Shown: in pieces, positions 27,545 through 41,631 of the stretch | How the letters are laid out: the number at the start of each line of letters is the position of its first letter | Numbering within the stretch: position 1 is the first letter of the stretch | Source of the DNA: Octopus sinensis | Lineage: Eukaryota | Assembly: GCF_006345805.1 (NCBI RefSeq) | Contig: NC_042999.1 | Location: 174,034,001-174,098,000, forward strand | Length of the DNA stretch: 64,000 nt | Reading direction: 5' to 3' | Program-made: the position numbers and the translations under genes | The notes under the pieces: model-generated | The model's database searches: none | What the model was told of the DNA's origin: nothing | What the model saw: the letters and a program-made list of their open reading frames with translations, nothing else

Positions 27545-28099
27545 TAGTGCCTCACTTTACGAGGATCCGCTTTGCGACGAACCGGTTTTACGAGTTTTAT
27601 TTTTCAAGCACAAGATCCAAATTTTGAAAGAAGTGCAAAAGTTTCTACTACCATGACAAATGCTTCTGAGTGTAACCAAGAAATTTATAGAGAGTGAAAT
27701 AAAAGCTCCATCTAAACAAACAACGCTAGACTTGTTTTCTAAAAAGAAATCTACAAGTGTGTCTACTGGTGCTTGTGAATCGGGGATCGCGTCTACAAGC
27801 GATTGGCGTGCGCGCGTCTGATGCAAGTGAAAGTGATTCGGAAAACGATTATAAACATACTTTTTATTATAAATGATCTTAACATTCTTTTTACTTTACA
27901 TTAAAATAATATTTACATTCATTCTACTGTTGTTTTATTGCCATTTAATTACGAATATTATAAATTTTATGAAATATTTTCTGGAAACGAATTATGATTT
28001 ATAACATTGCTACTATAGGAAATTATTGTCTGTTTTACAAGTTTCCACTTTACGAGCAATCACCGGGAGCTAATTAACTCGTATATCGAGTAATTACTG
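27542..28099 (+). mobile_element. Internally deleted Tigger/pogo-like DNA transposon
   Basis: TA|CAGTAGTGCCTCACTTTACGAG ... CTCGTATATCGAGTAATTACTG|TA imperfect TIRs with TA duplication. Internal KQTTLDLFSKK resembles the pogo transposase C-terminus. Confidence 0.75.
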
Positions 28100-28338
28100 T
28101 ACTAAGAGGTATTAAAGCTGTCAAGAACTTAACTGTCAGTTAAACATATTTGAAATCTGATGATTACACTATGTATGAAAGCGCCAATTTAATGTTATGA
28201 GCATTATAAAATATATTTTTCCTTTAATGTTAAAATACCATAACAACAAACGTGAAAACCAGACCATGTTTTAACTTTATTCAACTGATATTTTATTCTA
28301 TACACATTCACACAAATTCGAAGCAATATATATATATA

Positions 28339-29670
28339 TAACAAATTTAGGAATGGCCTTAACAGGCCATTCGTCCACCAGAGAGAGCAGCCAGAACTCA
28401 AACCGCCAAGTAGTAGTAATTCAGAAATTAGGTGAAAATTTAAAAACGTTTACCCTAATTCATCTTTTAGACGATGCATCGTTTCTGTGTTTTTAATGAT
28501 AAACTAGCTTAATTAAATTAAATAAAGCTAATCTACCATAGGTCACACTTCATCAGTAAAAAACCTGGGAGAGACAAATATACACGAGGCGTCTGTATCA
28601 ATGCCTCCGGAATATCTGTCTTAAAATTTTCAAGACCAACGTATTCGCGCCAACTTATCAGCAGTAAATATAAACTGCCGATTCAATCTCAGAATTAGTC
28701 AGAAAATTATCAATTAATCAATTTAGGGTAGCAAAAAATTCAATAGAAATTTATCGCTACCAGCGGCCTAGTGGAAAAGAGAAAATAGTCAAAGACTAAA
28801 TATATAAATATAACAAATTTAGGAATGGCCTTAACAGACCATTCGTCCACCAGAGAGAGCAGCCAGAACTCAAACCGCCAAGTAGTAGTAATTCAGAAAT
28901 TAGGTGAAAATTTAAAAACGTTTACCCTAATTCATCTTTTAGACGATGCATCGTTTCTGTGTTTTTAATGATAAACTAGCTTAATTAAATTAAATTAAGC
29001 TAATCTACCATAGGTCACACTTCATCAGTAAAAAACCTGGGAGAGACAAATATACACGAGGCGTCTGTATCAATGCCTCCGGAATATCTGTCTTATCCTA
29101 AATTTGTTATATTTATATATTTAGTCTTTGACTATTTTCTCTTTTCCACTAGGCCGCTGGTAGCGATAAATTTCTATTGAATTTTTGCTACCCTAAATTA
29201 ATTAATTGGTAATTTTCTGACTAATTCTGAGATTGAATCGGCAGTTTTTATTTACTGCTGATAAGTTGGCGCGAATACGTTGGTCTTGAAAATTTTAAGA
29301 CAAATATTCCGGAGGCATTGATACAGACGCCTCGTGTATATTTGTCTCTCCCAGGTTTTTTACTGATGAAGTGTGACCTATGGTAGATTAGCTTTATTTA
29401 ATTTAATTAAGCTAGTTTATCATTAAAAACACAGAAACGATGCATCGTCTAAAAGATGAATTAGGGTAAACGTTTTTAAATTTTCACCTAATTTCTGAAT
29501 TACTACTACTTGGCGGTTTGAGTTCTGGCTGCTCTCTCTGGTGGACGAATGGCCTGTTAAGGCCATTCCTAAATTTGTTATATTTATATATTTAGTCTTT
29601 GACTATTTCCACTAGGCCGCTGGTAGCGATAAATTTCTATTGAATTTTTTGCTACCCTAAATTGATTAAT
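28339..29670. mobile_element. Hammerhead-bearing 472-bp unit (U): concatemer plus fold-back inserted in (TA)n
   Basis: U1 28339-28810, U2 partial to 29094, then inverted U 29095-29581 plus ~90 bp more to 29670; (TA)n at both ends. Confidence 0.88.
29355..29457 (+). ncRNA. Type I hammerhead ribozyme (also on the minus strand at 28462-28564 and 28934-29036)
   Basis: gtttttta-CTGATGA(29363-29369), 64-nt stem II (gtgt/acac plus a 14-bp hairpin), GAAAC(29434)-gatgcatc-GTC(29449)|taaaagat. Stem III acgatgcatcgt is a perfect palindrome. Confidence 0.85.
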
Positions 29671-29973
29671 ATATATATATATATGCATATATACGTGTGT
29701 GTGTGTGTGTCTATGTATAGTTAAAATTAATCTTTGGACTATATAGAGTCCAGAATCCAGTGATGATTTCTTGTTTGTACAAAAAATAATAGAGCAAACA
29801 ACAAACCACCACTGGACTCAAAAAACAAAAGTCTTACCTTACAGCTGAGCTTCTTTTTCAGTAAATATTTCGCCAGCTGTACACCAGCGTGGCGACTTCT
29901 GCATTGCCAGAACAGCACTGACGCAACCAGAAGCGGACGGAAGCAAGATCCTTACCGCACAGCCACGCTTGCG

Positions 29974-30020
<47 letters not shown>

Positions 30021-30024
<4 letters not shown>

Positions 30025-31885
30025 ATTGAATATGGAGACGAGCTCTCGGGATGTTGTTAAACCATTTATATCTTGAAGTCATGCTTCGACCGATGCACTC
30101 CAAAAATGTCCGACAGGATAAGTTATGAGCAGTAATGCATCAGTCTCATCAGGAAGGATATAAATAACAACGGTCATCAAACAGACATGTTAGCAGAAAT
30201 AGAAAGTCCTATAAAATGTAGCATATTTATATTCATATGCACACACGCGTACATATATTCAAATAAGTGACGTGTAAATATAAACATTATATACATACAA
30301 CTAACACAAACGTATACAAATACACACATTAATATATATACATACACACGAATATATATATACATAAATACGCAAACAAATAAATATATACATAAATATA
30401 TAGATATACATACACACAAACATACATACATATATATTCAAATAAATACGTACATTGGCAGAAATATACTCACACACATGCATATATATCTACACATATA
30501 CTCGTGCATATTCTCCCGGCAACGACATAGAAACATACTTATGCTAAAATATACGTTTACGACCAAATATTATGCACGTAAACAAACGATCATATACATA
30601 CAAAAGAGCATACACATCCCAAAACATCGATAGACCCAAACACATAATTGTATACACATACACACACTTACTTAAGCATATCTACATTATTGTTCATTCA
30701 CAAAATACTTACATACGAACAGGGGACACTTTGAATTTAAAATGGCGTTATCGAAACAAACTAGATATTGTGAGAGGAGGGGAAGATATGGAGGGGAAAA
30801 GAATGGATAAATCAAAGTAAGAAAGAGAAAGGAGAGAGAGGAATGAGCAAATTGTAAATATTTTAAAATGCAAGAAAAGAAAAGGAATGAAGGGGAAAGG
30901 GGGGGGAATTATGGGAAGTAAGATGGAAGAAAAGAAGAAAAGAAAACTTGCAGAAATTATTATTAGGTTATGGGAAGAAATTATTTGAAAAAACTAAAAA
31001 ATTGTTTCTCAGTTTCACTCTCATAGGCATTTATAACTACATATATACTCGTACATATTCTTACTTCAAACTCACAGATACATATGTATGTTTTAATAGA
31101 CGTTTACGATCTCCCACTTATAAAAAATTAACAAACGTTCACTCACATACAGAAGACCACACACATCCCAAACCATCTACTGGCACAAACACACAATAAC
31201 ACACTTATACATACACACTTAATCAGCACGTATACATTATTGTGCACACCGAAAATATACATACGTATTATACATATGGAAAGCCAGGTAGTAAGGGAAC
31301 TCTAGAAATTTGAAATGGTTTTAAGCAAATTAACTAGATGGCGTGAGTGAAGGAGAAAAGGAATAGAAAGATATGGAAGGGAAAAATTGTGTGTGTACGC
31401 ATATGTGCATATGAATATATAAAAAAAGTTACATTTTCTAGGACTTTCTATTTCTGTTAACATTTCTGCTTGATGAGTGGTGTTATTCATATCCTTCCTG
31501 ATGTGATTGATGCACTGCTAACCATAATTCATCCTGTCGGACATTTTTGGAGTGCATCTGTCGAAATATATATATATAGAAGACTTCAACATATAAATGT
31601 ATTTCTTTACTACCCACAAGGGGCTAAACACAGAGGGGACAAACAAGGACAGACAAACGGATTAAGTCGATTACATCGACCCCAGTGCGTAACTGGTACT
31701 TAATTTATCGACCCCGAAAGGATGAAAGGCAAAGTCGACCTCGGCGAAATTTGAACCCAGAACGTAACGGCAGACGAAATACGGCTACGCATTTAGCCCA
31801 GCGTGCTAACGTTTCTGCCAGTTCGCCTTCAACATATAAATGGTTTAACAACATCCCGAGCGTTCGTCTCCTTATTCAATTTTCT
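30021..31885. mobile_element. Old inverted duplication of a hammerhead-bearing pLTR-like unit next to (TA)n
   Basis: Arm 30021-~30255 is the reverse complement of ~31395-31885 after removing the SINE at 31600-31826. Both arms carry CTGATG(A/T), an 11-bp stem II and GAA. Confidence 0.75.
31584..31842 (-). mobile_element. Full family 2 SINE with 16-bp TSD
   Basis: cttcaacatataaatg at 31584-31599 and 31827-31842. Confidence 0.9.
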
Positions 31886-32031
31886 TATTTTTGCTAATAC
31901 GACTTATTATCCCGGAATTAAATCCTGGGACACTTAAGCAACATTTAGCTACCTTGCACCAACGGTCTACGAGGAATTAACGAACATAAAAACGTAACGG
32001 ACAGAGAAACATCACTTAAGTTTATAATAGG

Positions 32032-32032
<1 letters not shown>

Positions 32033-32062
<30 letters not shown>

Positions 32063-32502
32063 TGTATGTATGTATGTATGTATGTATGTATGTATGTATG
32101 TATGTATGTATGTATGTATGTATGTATGTATGTATGTATGTATTATGTATGTATGTATGTATGTATGTATGTATGTATGTATGTATGCATGTATGTATGT
32201 ATGTATGTATGCATGTATGTATGTATGCATGCATGTATGTATGTAGTATGTATGCATGTATGTATGTAGTATGTATGTATGTATGTATGCATGTATGTAT
32301 GTATGTATGTATGTATGTTGTATGCATGTATGTGTATGTATGTATGTGCATGTATGTATGTATGTATGTATGCATGTATGTATGTATGTATGTATGCATG
32401 TATGTGTATGTATGTATGTACGTTTTTATGTATGTATGCATGTATGTATGTATGCATGTATGTATGTATGTATGTATGCATGTATATATGTATGTATGCA
32501 TG

Positions 32503-32536
<34 letters not shown>

Positions 32537-32695
32537 TGTATGTATGTATGTATGCATGTATGTATGTATGCATGTATGTATGTATGTATGCATGTATGTG
32601 TGTATGTATGTATGCATGTATGTATGTATGCATGTATATATGTATGTATGTATGCATGTATGTATGTATGTATGTATGTATGCATGTATGTATGC

Positions 32696-32726
<31 letters not shown>

Positions 32727-34145
32727 CATGTATGTATGTATGCATGTATGTATGTATGTATGTATGTACGCATGTATGTATATATGTATGTATGTATGTA
32801 TGTATGCATGTATGTATGTATGTATGTATATATGTATGTATGCATGTATGTATGCATGCATGTATGTATGTATGTATGTATGCATGTATGTATGTATGTA
32901 TGTATGTATGTATGCATGTATGCATGTATGTATGTATGCATGTATGTATGTATGTATGTATGTATGTATGCATGTATGTATGTATGTATGCATGTATGTA
33001 TGTATGTATGTACGTATTTATGTATGTATGCATGTATGTATGTATGCATGTATGTATGTATGTATGTATGCATGTATGTATGTATGTATGCATGTATATA
33101 TGTATGTATGTATGCGTGTATGTATGTATGTATGTATGCATGTATGCAGGTATGTATGTATGCATGTATGTATGTATGTATGTATGTATGTATGTATGCA
33201 TGTATGTATGTATGTATGTATGTATGTATGCATGTATGTATGTATGTATACATGTATGTGTGTATGTATGTATGCATGTATGTATGTATGTATGTATGCG
33301 CGCATGTATGTATGTATGTATGTATGCATGTATGTATGTATGTATGTATGCATGTATGTATGTATGTATGTATGCATGTATGTATGTATGTATGTATGTT
33401 GTATGCATGTATGTATGTATGTATGTATGTACGCATGTATGTATATATGTATGTATGTATGTATGTATGCATGTATGTATGTATGTATGTATATATGTAT
33501 GTATGCATGTATGTATGCATGCATGTATGTATGTATGTATGTATGCATGTATGTATGTGTATGTATGTATGTATGTATGCATGTATGCATGTATGTATGT
33601 ATGCATGTATGTATGTATGTATGTATGTATGTATGCATGTATGTATGTATGTATGCATGTATGTATGTATGTATGTACGTATTTATGTATGTATGCATGT
33701 ATGTATGTATGCATGTATGTATGTATGTATGTATGCATGTATGTATGTATGTATGCATGTATATATGTATGTATGTATGCGTGTATGTATGTATGTATGT
33801 ATGCATGTATGCAGGTATGTATGTATGCATGTATGTATGTATGTATGTATGTATGTATGCATGTATGTATGTATGTATGTATGTATGTATGCATGTATGT
33901 ATGTATGTATACATGTATGTGTGTATGTATGTATGCATGTATGTATGTATGTATGTATGCGCGCATGTATGTATGTATGTATGTATGCATGTATGTATGA
34001 ATGTATGTATGCATGTATGTATGTATGTATGTATGCATGTATGTATGTATGTATGTATGTATGTATGTATGCATGTATGTATGTATGTATGTATGTATGT
34101 ATGCATTATGCATCTATGTATGTGCGTATGTATGTTCTGTATGTA
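32033..34145. repeat. ~2.1-kb (TATG)n satellite with TGCA variants and a higher-order duplication
   Basis: Seen directly; source of all MYVC/HTYI ORFs. Confidence 0.98.
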
Positions 34146-34429
34146 TGCACAGCAAGTGGCATTCAGGGCAATGACCAACGGAGGCTTTCATCATAAACAA
34201 CGCCCTTAGTCTTTCTAACTATGCCATTGACAAAGTTTGTTCTTGTTTTAAACAGGGGATGGTTCAATACATAGCTAAAGCATATACATACCTGCACACA
34301 TTCAAGCACACAAACACACATATATGTGCGTGTGTGTGTGTATGTATTTACGTGCGTATGTGTGTGCGTGTGCGTGTGCGTGCGCGCGATGTGCGTGCGT
34401 GTGTGTGTGTATGTGTGTGTGTGTGTGTG

Positions 34430-34484
<55 letters not shown>

Positions 34485-34816
34485 TGACTGTATGCGATAA
34501 ATATATTTTTTTGTAAAAATAATTACAATCTTCGTCGGTGATAATTATCTCTTTGAAATTGAAAGTTGGTGAAATATTCAAAAAATTGCAAATTGTAAGT
34601 AATCAGACTTGTGATTTGCATAAGCGAGAACAACAATAACATTGATGAGGATGATGAGGATGATGATGACGACAACGACGACGACGACAACGACGACGAC
34701 GACAACGAAGACGACAATGTCGACGACGATGATGATGTGACGACAAACACGATGTTCGGTTGAAGGAAATTTAATTTTTAAAATCTTGAAATAAGTTTCA
34801 ATGTAGTTATAAAAAG

Positions 34817-34856
<40 letters not shown>

Positions 34857-35231
34857 CTGTGTGTCTGTGTGTGTCTGTGCAGTAGATGTTACGAGATGAA
34901 GGTGATTGTGGGGCAGGTTAAGAGAGATAGAGGTCGGATTTGATGGGTGGACGGCAGTAATGTCTGGTTTGAAGGATAGCAGAGTGGCGTTATTCAATCT
35001 TTTTAGTGCATATGTGTACATGCAAGCATACGCTCGCATGTATGTGTGTGAGTGAGTGGATGATATCTATGTAGGAGTATAAATGCGTGTGCAAGTATGT
35101 AAGAGAATATGCACGTAAAAGAGATCCTTTTGTACGCGATTTTGCATAGGCGAAACGATGCGGCGAATATGTCGTGCATGAGATATACTTTCCTTTCTCA
35201 AACAAACGCGTGCACACACACACGCACACAA

Positions 35232-35262
<31 letters not shown>

Positions 35263-35269
35263 TATATAT

Positions 35270-35440
35270 ATATTTACACAGTAAGTTTCTTTCAGTTTCC
35301 GTTAACCAAATCTACTCACAAGGTATTGGTCAATCCGAGGTTATAGCAGAAGACTCTTCACCAAGGTGCCACGCAGTGGGATGGACCCTAGAACAATGTG
35401 TTTAAGGAACAAGCTTCTACAAAACAGCCACGCCTAGTGC
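35270..35440 (-). mobile_element. Family 1 SINE head half
   Basis: ttctttcagtttccg...ccaaatc.actcacaagg...gtgccacgcagtggga. Confidence 0.75.
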
Positions 35441-35539
35441 ATGTACGCGTGTGTGTGAGCGTGTGTGTGGATATGTGTATGAGAAAGGAAAAGTGTTCTG
35501 CGTGTGAGAGAGAGAGAGAAAGTGTACGTGTTTCTACAC

Positions 35540-35665
35540 GAGGCACAAGGCCCGAAATTTTGGGGGAGGGAGCCAGTCGCTTAGATCGACCCCAGTACGC
35601 AACTAGTACTTAATTTATCGACCCCGAAAGGATGAAATGGAAACTCGGCCTCGGTGGCATTTGAA
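35540..35665 (-). mobile_element. Family 2 SINE 3' part
   Basis: gatcgaccccagtacgcaact.gtacttaatttatcgaccccgaaaggatgaaa. Confidence 0.75.
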
Positions 35666-37199
35666 ATGTGTTTGTACGTGTGCTGGAGAGAATGTCTATA
35701 GGTGAATATGCTTATCATCTGATCGTGTATATAGCTATTTGTGTATGTACGTATGAGCGCTTATCTACTTAGATGTTTGAGCGGAGTGCGTGTAGGCAAA
35801 TGGATATGTATGTACATCAATCATAACTTTATGACAGTAAAAGGGATGTGACATTATTTGAAGAAGTGATGGATACTGATGTCTAAGTTTTTTTACATGT
35901 TTAAGAAAATATCACAATATAATTAAAAAAACTTTAGTCATACATAGATCGAATTAAAGTTTATAGAAATATCAAGTATCAGGAAATAAATGGAAATATA
36001 TATGATTTTTGTAGATATTTGTTCTTGTAGGCGATCATTTTTGTAGGTTTTAGCTTGTCAGGCAACCTATAGACAGACAATCATATATATAGACTTGTGA
36101 TCATTAGATATGATTACTTGCATCTGAAATGGCTTCTGTAACATGACTGAGGAGAAAGTCAGCCGATAATGCTTAACTTGTCTTCTTGTGCATAACTCAC
36201 TCGGTCTGACGCTAGATTTATCAATCATGCGCTAAAGGCTTTTCCTTAGAAAAAAAATTGTAATTATTAATATATTTCGAGAAATGCTCAGTGGATATGT
36301 TTCAATTCTGTAGCTTTTTTTCAAAGACTCATTGTCATCATGTGAAGGCATGTATGACGACCGAGGGCATATGGAGATATGCGCAAAATGAATAAGTTGT
36401 ACAACTAATTATTTTCATCGTTATATAAACTACATCCTTTCTATGTATTAAGTGTCACTTATTTTAGCGTGCCATCGTATGTGTGTGTGCGTGTGTGGGA
36501 GTTTGTATATGTATGTGTGTGTGCATGTGTGCGTGTAGTGTGCGCGCGCGTGTGTGTGTGTGAAAGTTGCAGTGGTAGAACATCTGAATATTCCTACGGA
36601 CCAATTCAGCCGTGTGGTTTTCATTTTCATGTGTATGATGAAAATTATTTTGTTCCATTTTTTTGTACTGTTCTTTGATATTTTCCCGCCTGCCTCAACT
36701 CGAACTTTACGTGAATATAACAGCTAGTCTTATATTCAGTACAATTATGATGCGCAATTCCTTAAAAAATATTTAAAATTATGTCGAAGACCTGCTATAA
36801 AAACCTAGGGAATTTTTTATCATTTCGAACAGGTCAAGTGATCATGATATCTTATAATATTTTCCATTACCTGGTGTGATGCTAAAGTCAATTTCAAGGG
36901 AACTATCTACATTATAATGAAAGCTGAATGCAAGAAGATTCTATGTCTTGGTTTCAGAGTTTTCTTCCTTCCATTAGGTAACAGAATTGTTATCTTATTT
37001 AAAGGGCCTTCCTTTCATTTTACTTATTTCAACATTACTGTTTAGTGCTAGGAGCAAGAACCGAAAGAGTGTCGAAAAATATTTCTTGCTGTATTTAGTT
37101 ACACTTTTTTTTCTTTATGAGCTAAAATTCCACTGCAGTCGTCTATATCACTCATCCTTCATTTGTTGATTAAATTAATCCCAGTTAAATCATGGTGCC

Positions 37200-37460
37200 G
37201 TGGAGGCGCGTGGCTTAGTGGTTAGGGTGTCAGCACCATAATCGTAAGATTGTGATTTCGATTCCTGGACCAGGCGACGCGTTGTGTTCTTGAGCAAGAC
37301 ACTACATTTCACGTTGCTCCAGTCCATTCAGCTGGCAAAAATGAGTAACGCTGCGATGGACTGGCGTCCTGTCCAGCTGGGGGACGTATACGCCATAGAG
37401 ACCGGGAAACCGGGTCCATGAGCCTGGCTAGCTTTAAAAGAGCGCATTTATTTATTTATT
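37200..37460 (+). mobile_element. tRNA-derived SINE family 3, complete head
   Basis: A-box tggcttagtgg, B-box-like tttcgattcc, body ttgagcaagacact, (ATTT)n tail. Confidence 0.8.
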
Positions 37461-37566
37461 TATTTTAAGTCATTGGTGCCAGGTTAATCAATTTCTTCAT
37501 CACATTTTATCTTATCTGAACAACTTTGGCCTACTACATATTTTAGACGGTAATATTTCAAAAATA

Positions 37567-37919
37567 CAGGGTGGGCCAAAAGTCACGCAACAAAGCATGC
37601 GATATATTAGTTATACTACCTTACGTTTATTGCTTTGATGAAAACTCTCAGCTTATTTTGCTGGGCACGATGGAAAGGGTCAGCTGTCCAAAGCCAGCAA
37701 ACTAATATGACACTTGTTTACTGATCATGCAACAGCAACTATATAGCATATGTGGTGCATGTTATTTATGTTGTTGTTGTTCATTTTCATCATCATGTAG
37801 AAGCACGTGCGTATTCATTATTATTTTATATATATTTTATTCAGTTTTAGAAAAATAAAACGTCTGGAAATTCCAGAGCAGATGGAACATATTTTTAGCG
37901 TAACTTTTAGCCCACCCTG
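37567..37919. mobile_element. Tc1/mariner-type MITE (353 bp)
   Basis: TIRs cagggtgggccaaaagtcacgc (37567-37588) and gcgtaacttttagcccaccctg (37898-37919), 20/22 match; TA on the left. Confidence 0.8.
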
Positions 37920-38551
37920 AATTATTGGTAATAACCTGAATATTACTAAAACAATATATTGAAATATAAAAATATGATATAATCACTGTTTAAAATATTT
38001 GGCTAAACTAACAACAATATTTATAGAAAATATAAATTCAGATGAACGAAGAAGAAAAATCATATTAAATTAGAAACAAATCTTAATAGGAAAACTATGT
38101 GTGTCAAACTTCCATTAGCGAATGAGATTTTTTTCATTCTGTTGTCGCACCTCTTTGCTTCAAAATATCCCCACGTGTTGTTTTCCTAATTAGCACATTA
38201 TTCATATTTATCAGGGTTTTTCATATCTCTATATCTTGAAAAAATACGAAACATTCGCTTATATACTCACATTTATACGCATGCACACACTCATGCGTGT
38301 GTATGTATAATTAAGAGAGAGAGAGAATGTATGCATTACAGATATGAATTATATGTGCGTATATATATATATGTGTTTTCTTAAGGCTCCTAAATTACAA
38401 AGAAAACCAAAACATACAATAAAGAACTAAATACACAGAGCGTAGCGCATATTTACATTACGGATGCCCGACGGTGCTTCAAATGCTACGATACACGTCG
38501 GAGAGAAGTAGTCCAGCCAGTCTTTCAATAGATATGTGTGTGTATACATGT

Positions 38552-38596
<45 letters not shown>

Positions 38597-40400
38597 GTGT
38601 GTGTGTGTGAATTAAGAATGGACTAAGCGGATAAAGAGTATACACGCGGAAGGAAAGGATGGTTGAATTGGTCACAGATATGTGACGAAAGATTTACGGA
38701 GAATAGACATAAAATAAAATAAGAACAGTAATAAACAAGGGATGAACGTGTATATAGTGCGTGTGTTTATTGGCAAAAGAAAAATGACCGTCCCAAAATG
38801 TTACAATATCTGCTACGACACACGGTTTCACGTCTGGAATTTTGCAACACACATTCATAGACGTAGAATATGTAAATATATATATGTATGTATGTATAAT
38901 GATCATTACATATGTTGCTTTTCTTGGTGCAAATTTGGCTTACAGTTGTTTTCAGTAGTCATTGCAGCTACATCACCGATAGGTAATTGGCCTATTCATC
39001 AGTTGAGAAAAATTGAACAACCTAAAGAATTTAATGTTACTTTCGTCAGAGCCATTTCTGATTATAACGAAGCAGAACACTGAAAGAATGGTGAGTGCGT
39101 GAAGGAGGGAGGAAAAGAAGATGATAAGATGCAAGTAGAATAGAGAAAAGTGGAAGACGGGTAAGAGGTCGCAAAATCCTATAGCAGTGGGAGAAAACGG
39201 TGTTTCTTGTGCTTAGAGGAAATTTTCCAGAACATTACATCCAAGCACAAATTAATTAACAATAAGAAAGAAAAATTTTGTTGTCCACACAGGATTAAAT
39301 ATACGTTTAATAAATTCAAATAAATAAAATTAAATAGATATTATAAGAATAGATATACGTCTAATAAATCCAAATAAATATAATTAAATAGGCATTATGT
39401 GAATTAGGTATTATGTGAATATCTAGAATTAAAGGATTCTATAATATTAATCAAATAGAGGAAAAAATATTGAAACCCTTACTATCAGCTGATGCATCGA
39501 AACAATAAATTAATAGTTATATTAAATAAATGAGGGATAGAGAGCTTACTACACTCATAAGGAAAAAGAATATATATGTATATATGTGTGTTTGTGAGTG
39601 TGTGCGTGTGTTTATATTTAATAGGTTTTAAATAATAAATAAACACTCCGTGAACGATAAAATTTAGATAAACATAGGAACAAATCTTAAAGTGAAACTC
39701 ACTCTCACCATTTAGAAATAAGCTAGCTCCATACATATGATACTTAGTGAATAGTACCCCACTAAAAACACATAAAGATCATTTTTTAGATATATAATAA
39801 CCCAAACTATCAACAAATAAAACTAATAATCTAAATAAATAAACAATAAAAATTGAAATTCTCACAATTAAATAAGTAGAAGTTAAATAATTATATAGAT
39901 TTGGCTACTTGTATATATTTTTTATTTGTATCTTTGTTTTTTTCTGACATGTGAGTAGGGAGGAGAGTAGCAGACAACATCTAAAAACCGATCTAAATTT
40001 CAGTAAGAGTGAATACTAGTATGACCTAGTTCTTCAAGACTGCAACTAGCCATTGCCCTCTATGGACGTAGTTTACCCTCTTGCTATTTTAGAACGGAAT
40101 CCCAAGACACACATGCTGACATACACGAACACACACACACACTGCTATTAAGTATGTAAGGAGCTCTCCATCCAATTAGAATATAAATAAATATATAGAA
40201 ACATTTGTCAATTTTGCCCTGAAGAGACTTTTATCTTTTAAATTCATAATGCAATTTTAATTGCAAAATATGAATGAAGGTGGGAATTGAAACGTGCGTA
40301 GGCGACATGAAATTGACTAATATATAATTAAATTGATATTTTTCTGTGTTCAATTTCACCATTTGCTTTATATGACACACACATACACACACACACACAC

Positions 40401-40462
<62 letters not shown>

Positions 40463-41589
40463 GCATTATGTATGTATGTATATGTATATGTGTGTGTTTT
40501 TGTGTGTGCGTGCCTGTGTAAATTAAGTAAAATAAAAGGTGTATATTACATTGAATTGACCTAAACGTCTACTCTATTTTAACGGTCTGGAACTGATATA
40601 CCCCCTAACGCCGTTTTATTTGTAAAACAAGTTTCTTTCTGTTATCTTTTAGTAAAAGATGATAATTTATATCTTCTTCCCCTCCTTGATTTGTACCATA
40701 ATTAATTGTAAGCTCTTGAACACATCCACCAGCTAAATTTTTATATATTGGAAACTTCAACTTTAAACTCCACTTGCAGGGAATTTGTCGGCTAGTCACG
40801 GCTTGTCAATGCTTAAAATTCGCTTGATAAGCCTGGGAATTCATGTAATATATGATTTAATCTATTGTGACAACATTAAATAAAGATTCCCAGCGAAACG
40901 ATTGTCACAAATATAAAACTCCATTCGCCTATTATTTTATATATATACAGATAGAGACAAGAAAATAATTCAGAAATAAGCAAACCACTATTTAAATCAG
41001 AAACATTAAATCACGAGCAATAATGTATAGAGTTTTTTGCTGCTTGGAAAGTGGTAACTGTATTGATTCCTAAACTGTACGATTATCAGAAATTTTGCCT
41101 CGCATTTATTTATAAGATACGAAAGAACCTAAATATAAGAGCTGTTGGACGAGGGGGATTTAATTTTTATGTTTATCTTGCTATTAAGTAAACAGAAATT
41201 ATGTGTCGTATAAATATTTCAGCTAAAATCTTATTATTGATTTGTGCTCTTGCATTACGGTATTATACCAAGTATTAAAGCTGAATTATTGTTTTTTTTT
41301 TTTAAATAAGAGATTTAGATAAAAAGAAATACGGTTAAAGAATCGCTACTCAAAAATGCCCGCAAAATAGGCTATCTTCCTGATAAAGGTACGTTATCGG
41401 TGATAGAAAATAAGAGCTGTTAATAAAATTACGATAAGATCACAATTGAATTAATTTCCACGAAGTAAACAGTCAACATTCGTGATGATGATGATGATGA
41501 TGATATATGTATATATATACATACATACAATATATATACACATATATATGTACACCTATATAATATATATATATATATATATAATATAT

Positions 41590-41631
<42 letters not shown>

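Noticed and set aside
32022-34209. Very long ORFs (323-723 aa MYVC/HTYI repeats)
   Set aside because: They are translations of the (TATG)n satellite, which has no stops in most frames.
37200-37275. tRNA-like sequences (also other SINE heads)
   Set aside because: They continue into SINE bodies and lack a complete cloverleaf, so they are not tRNA genes.
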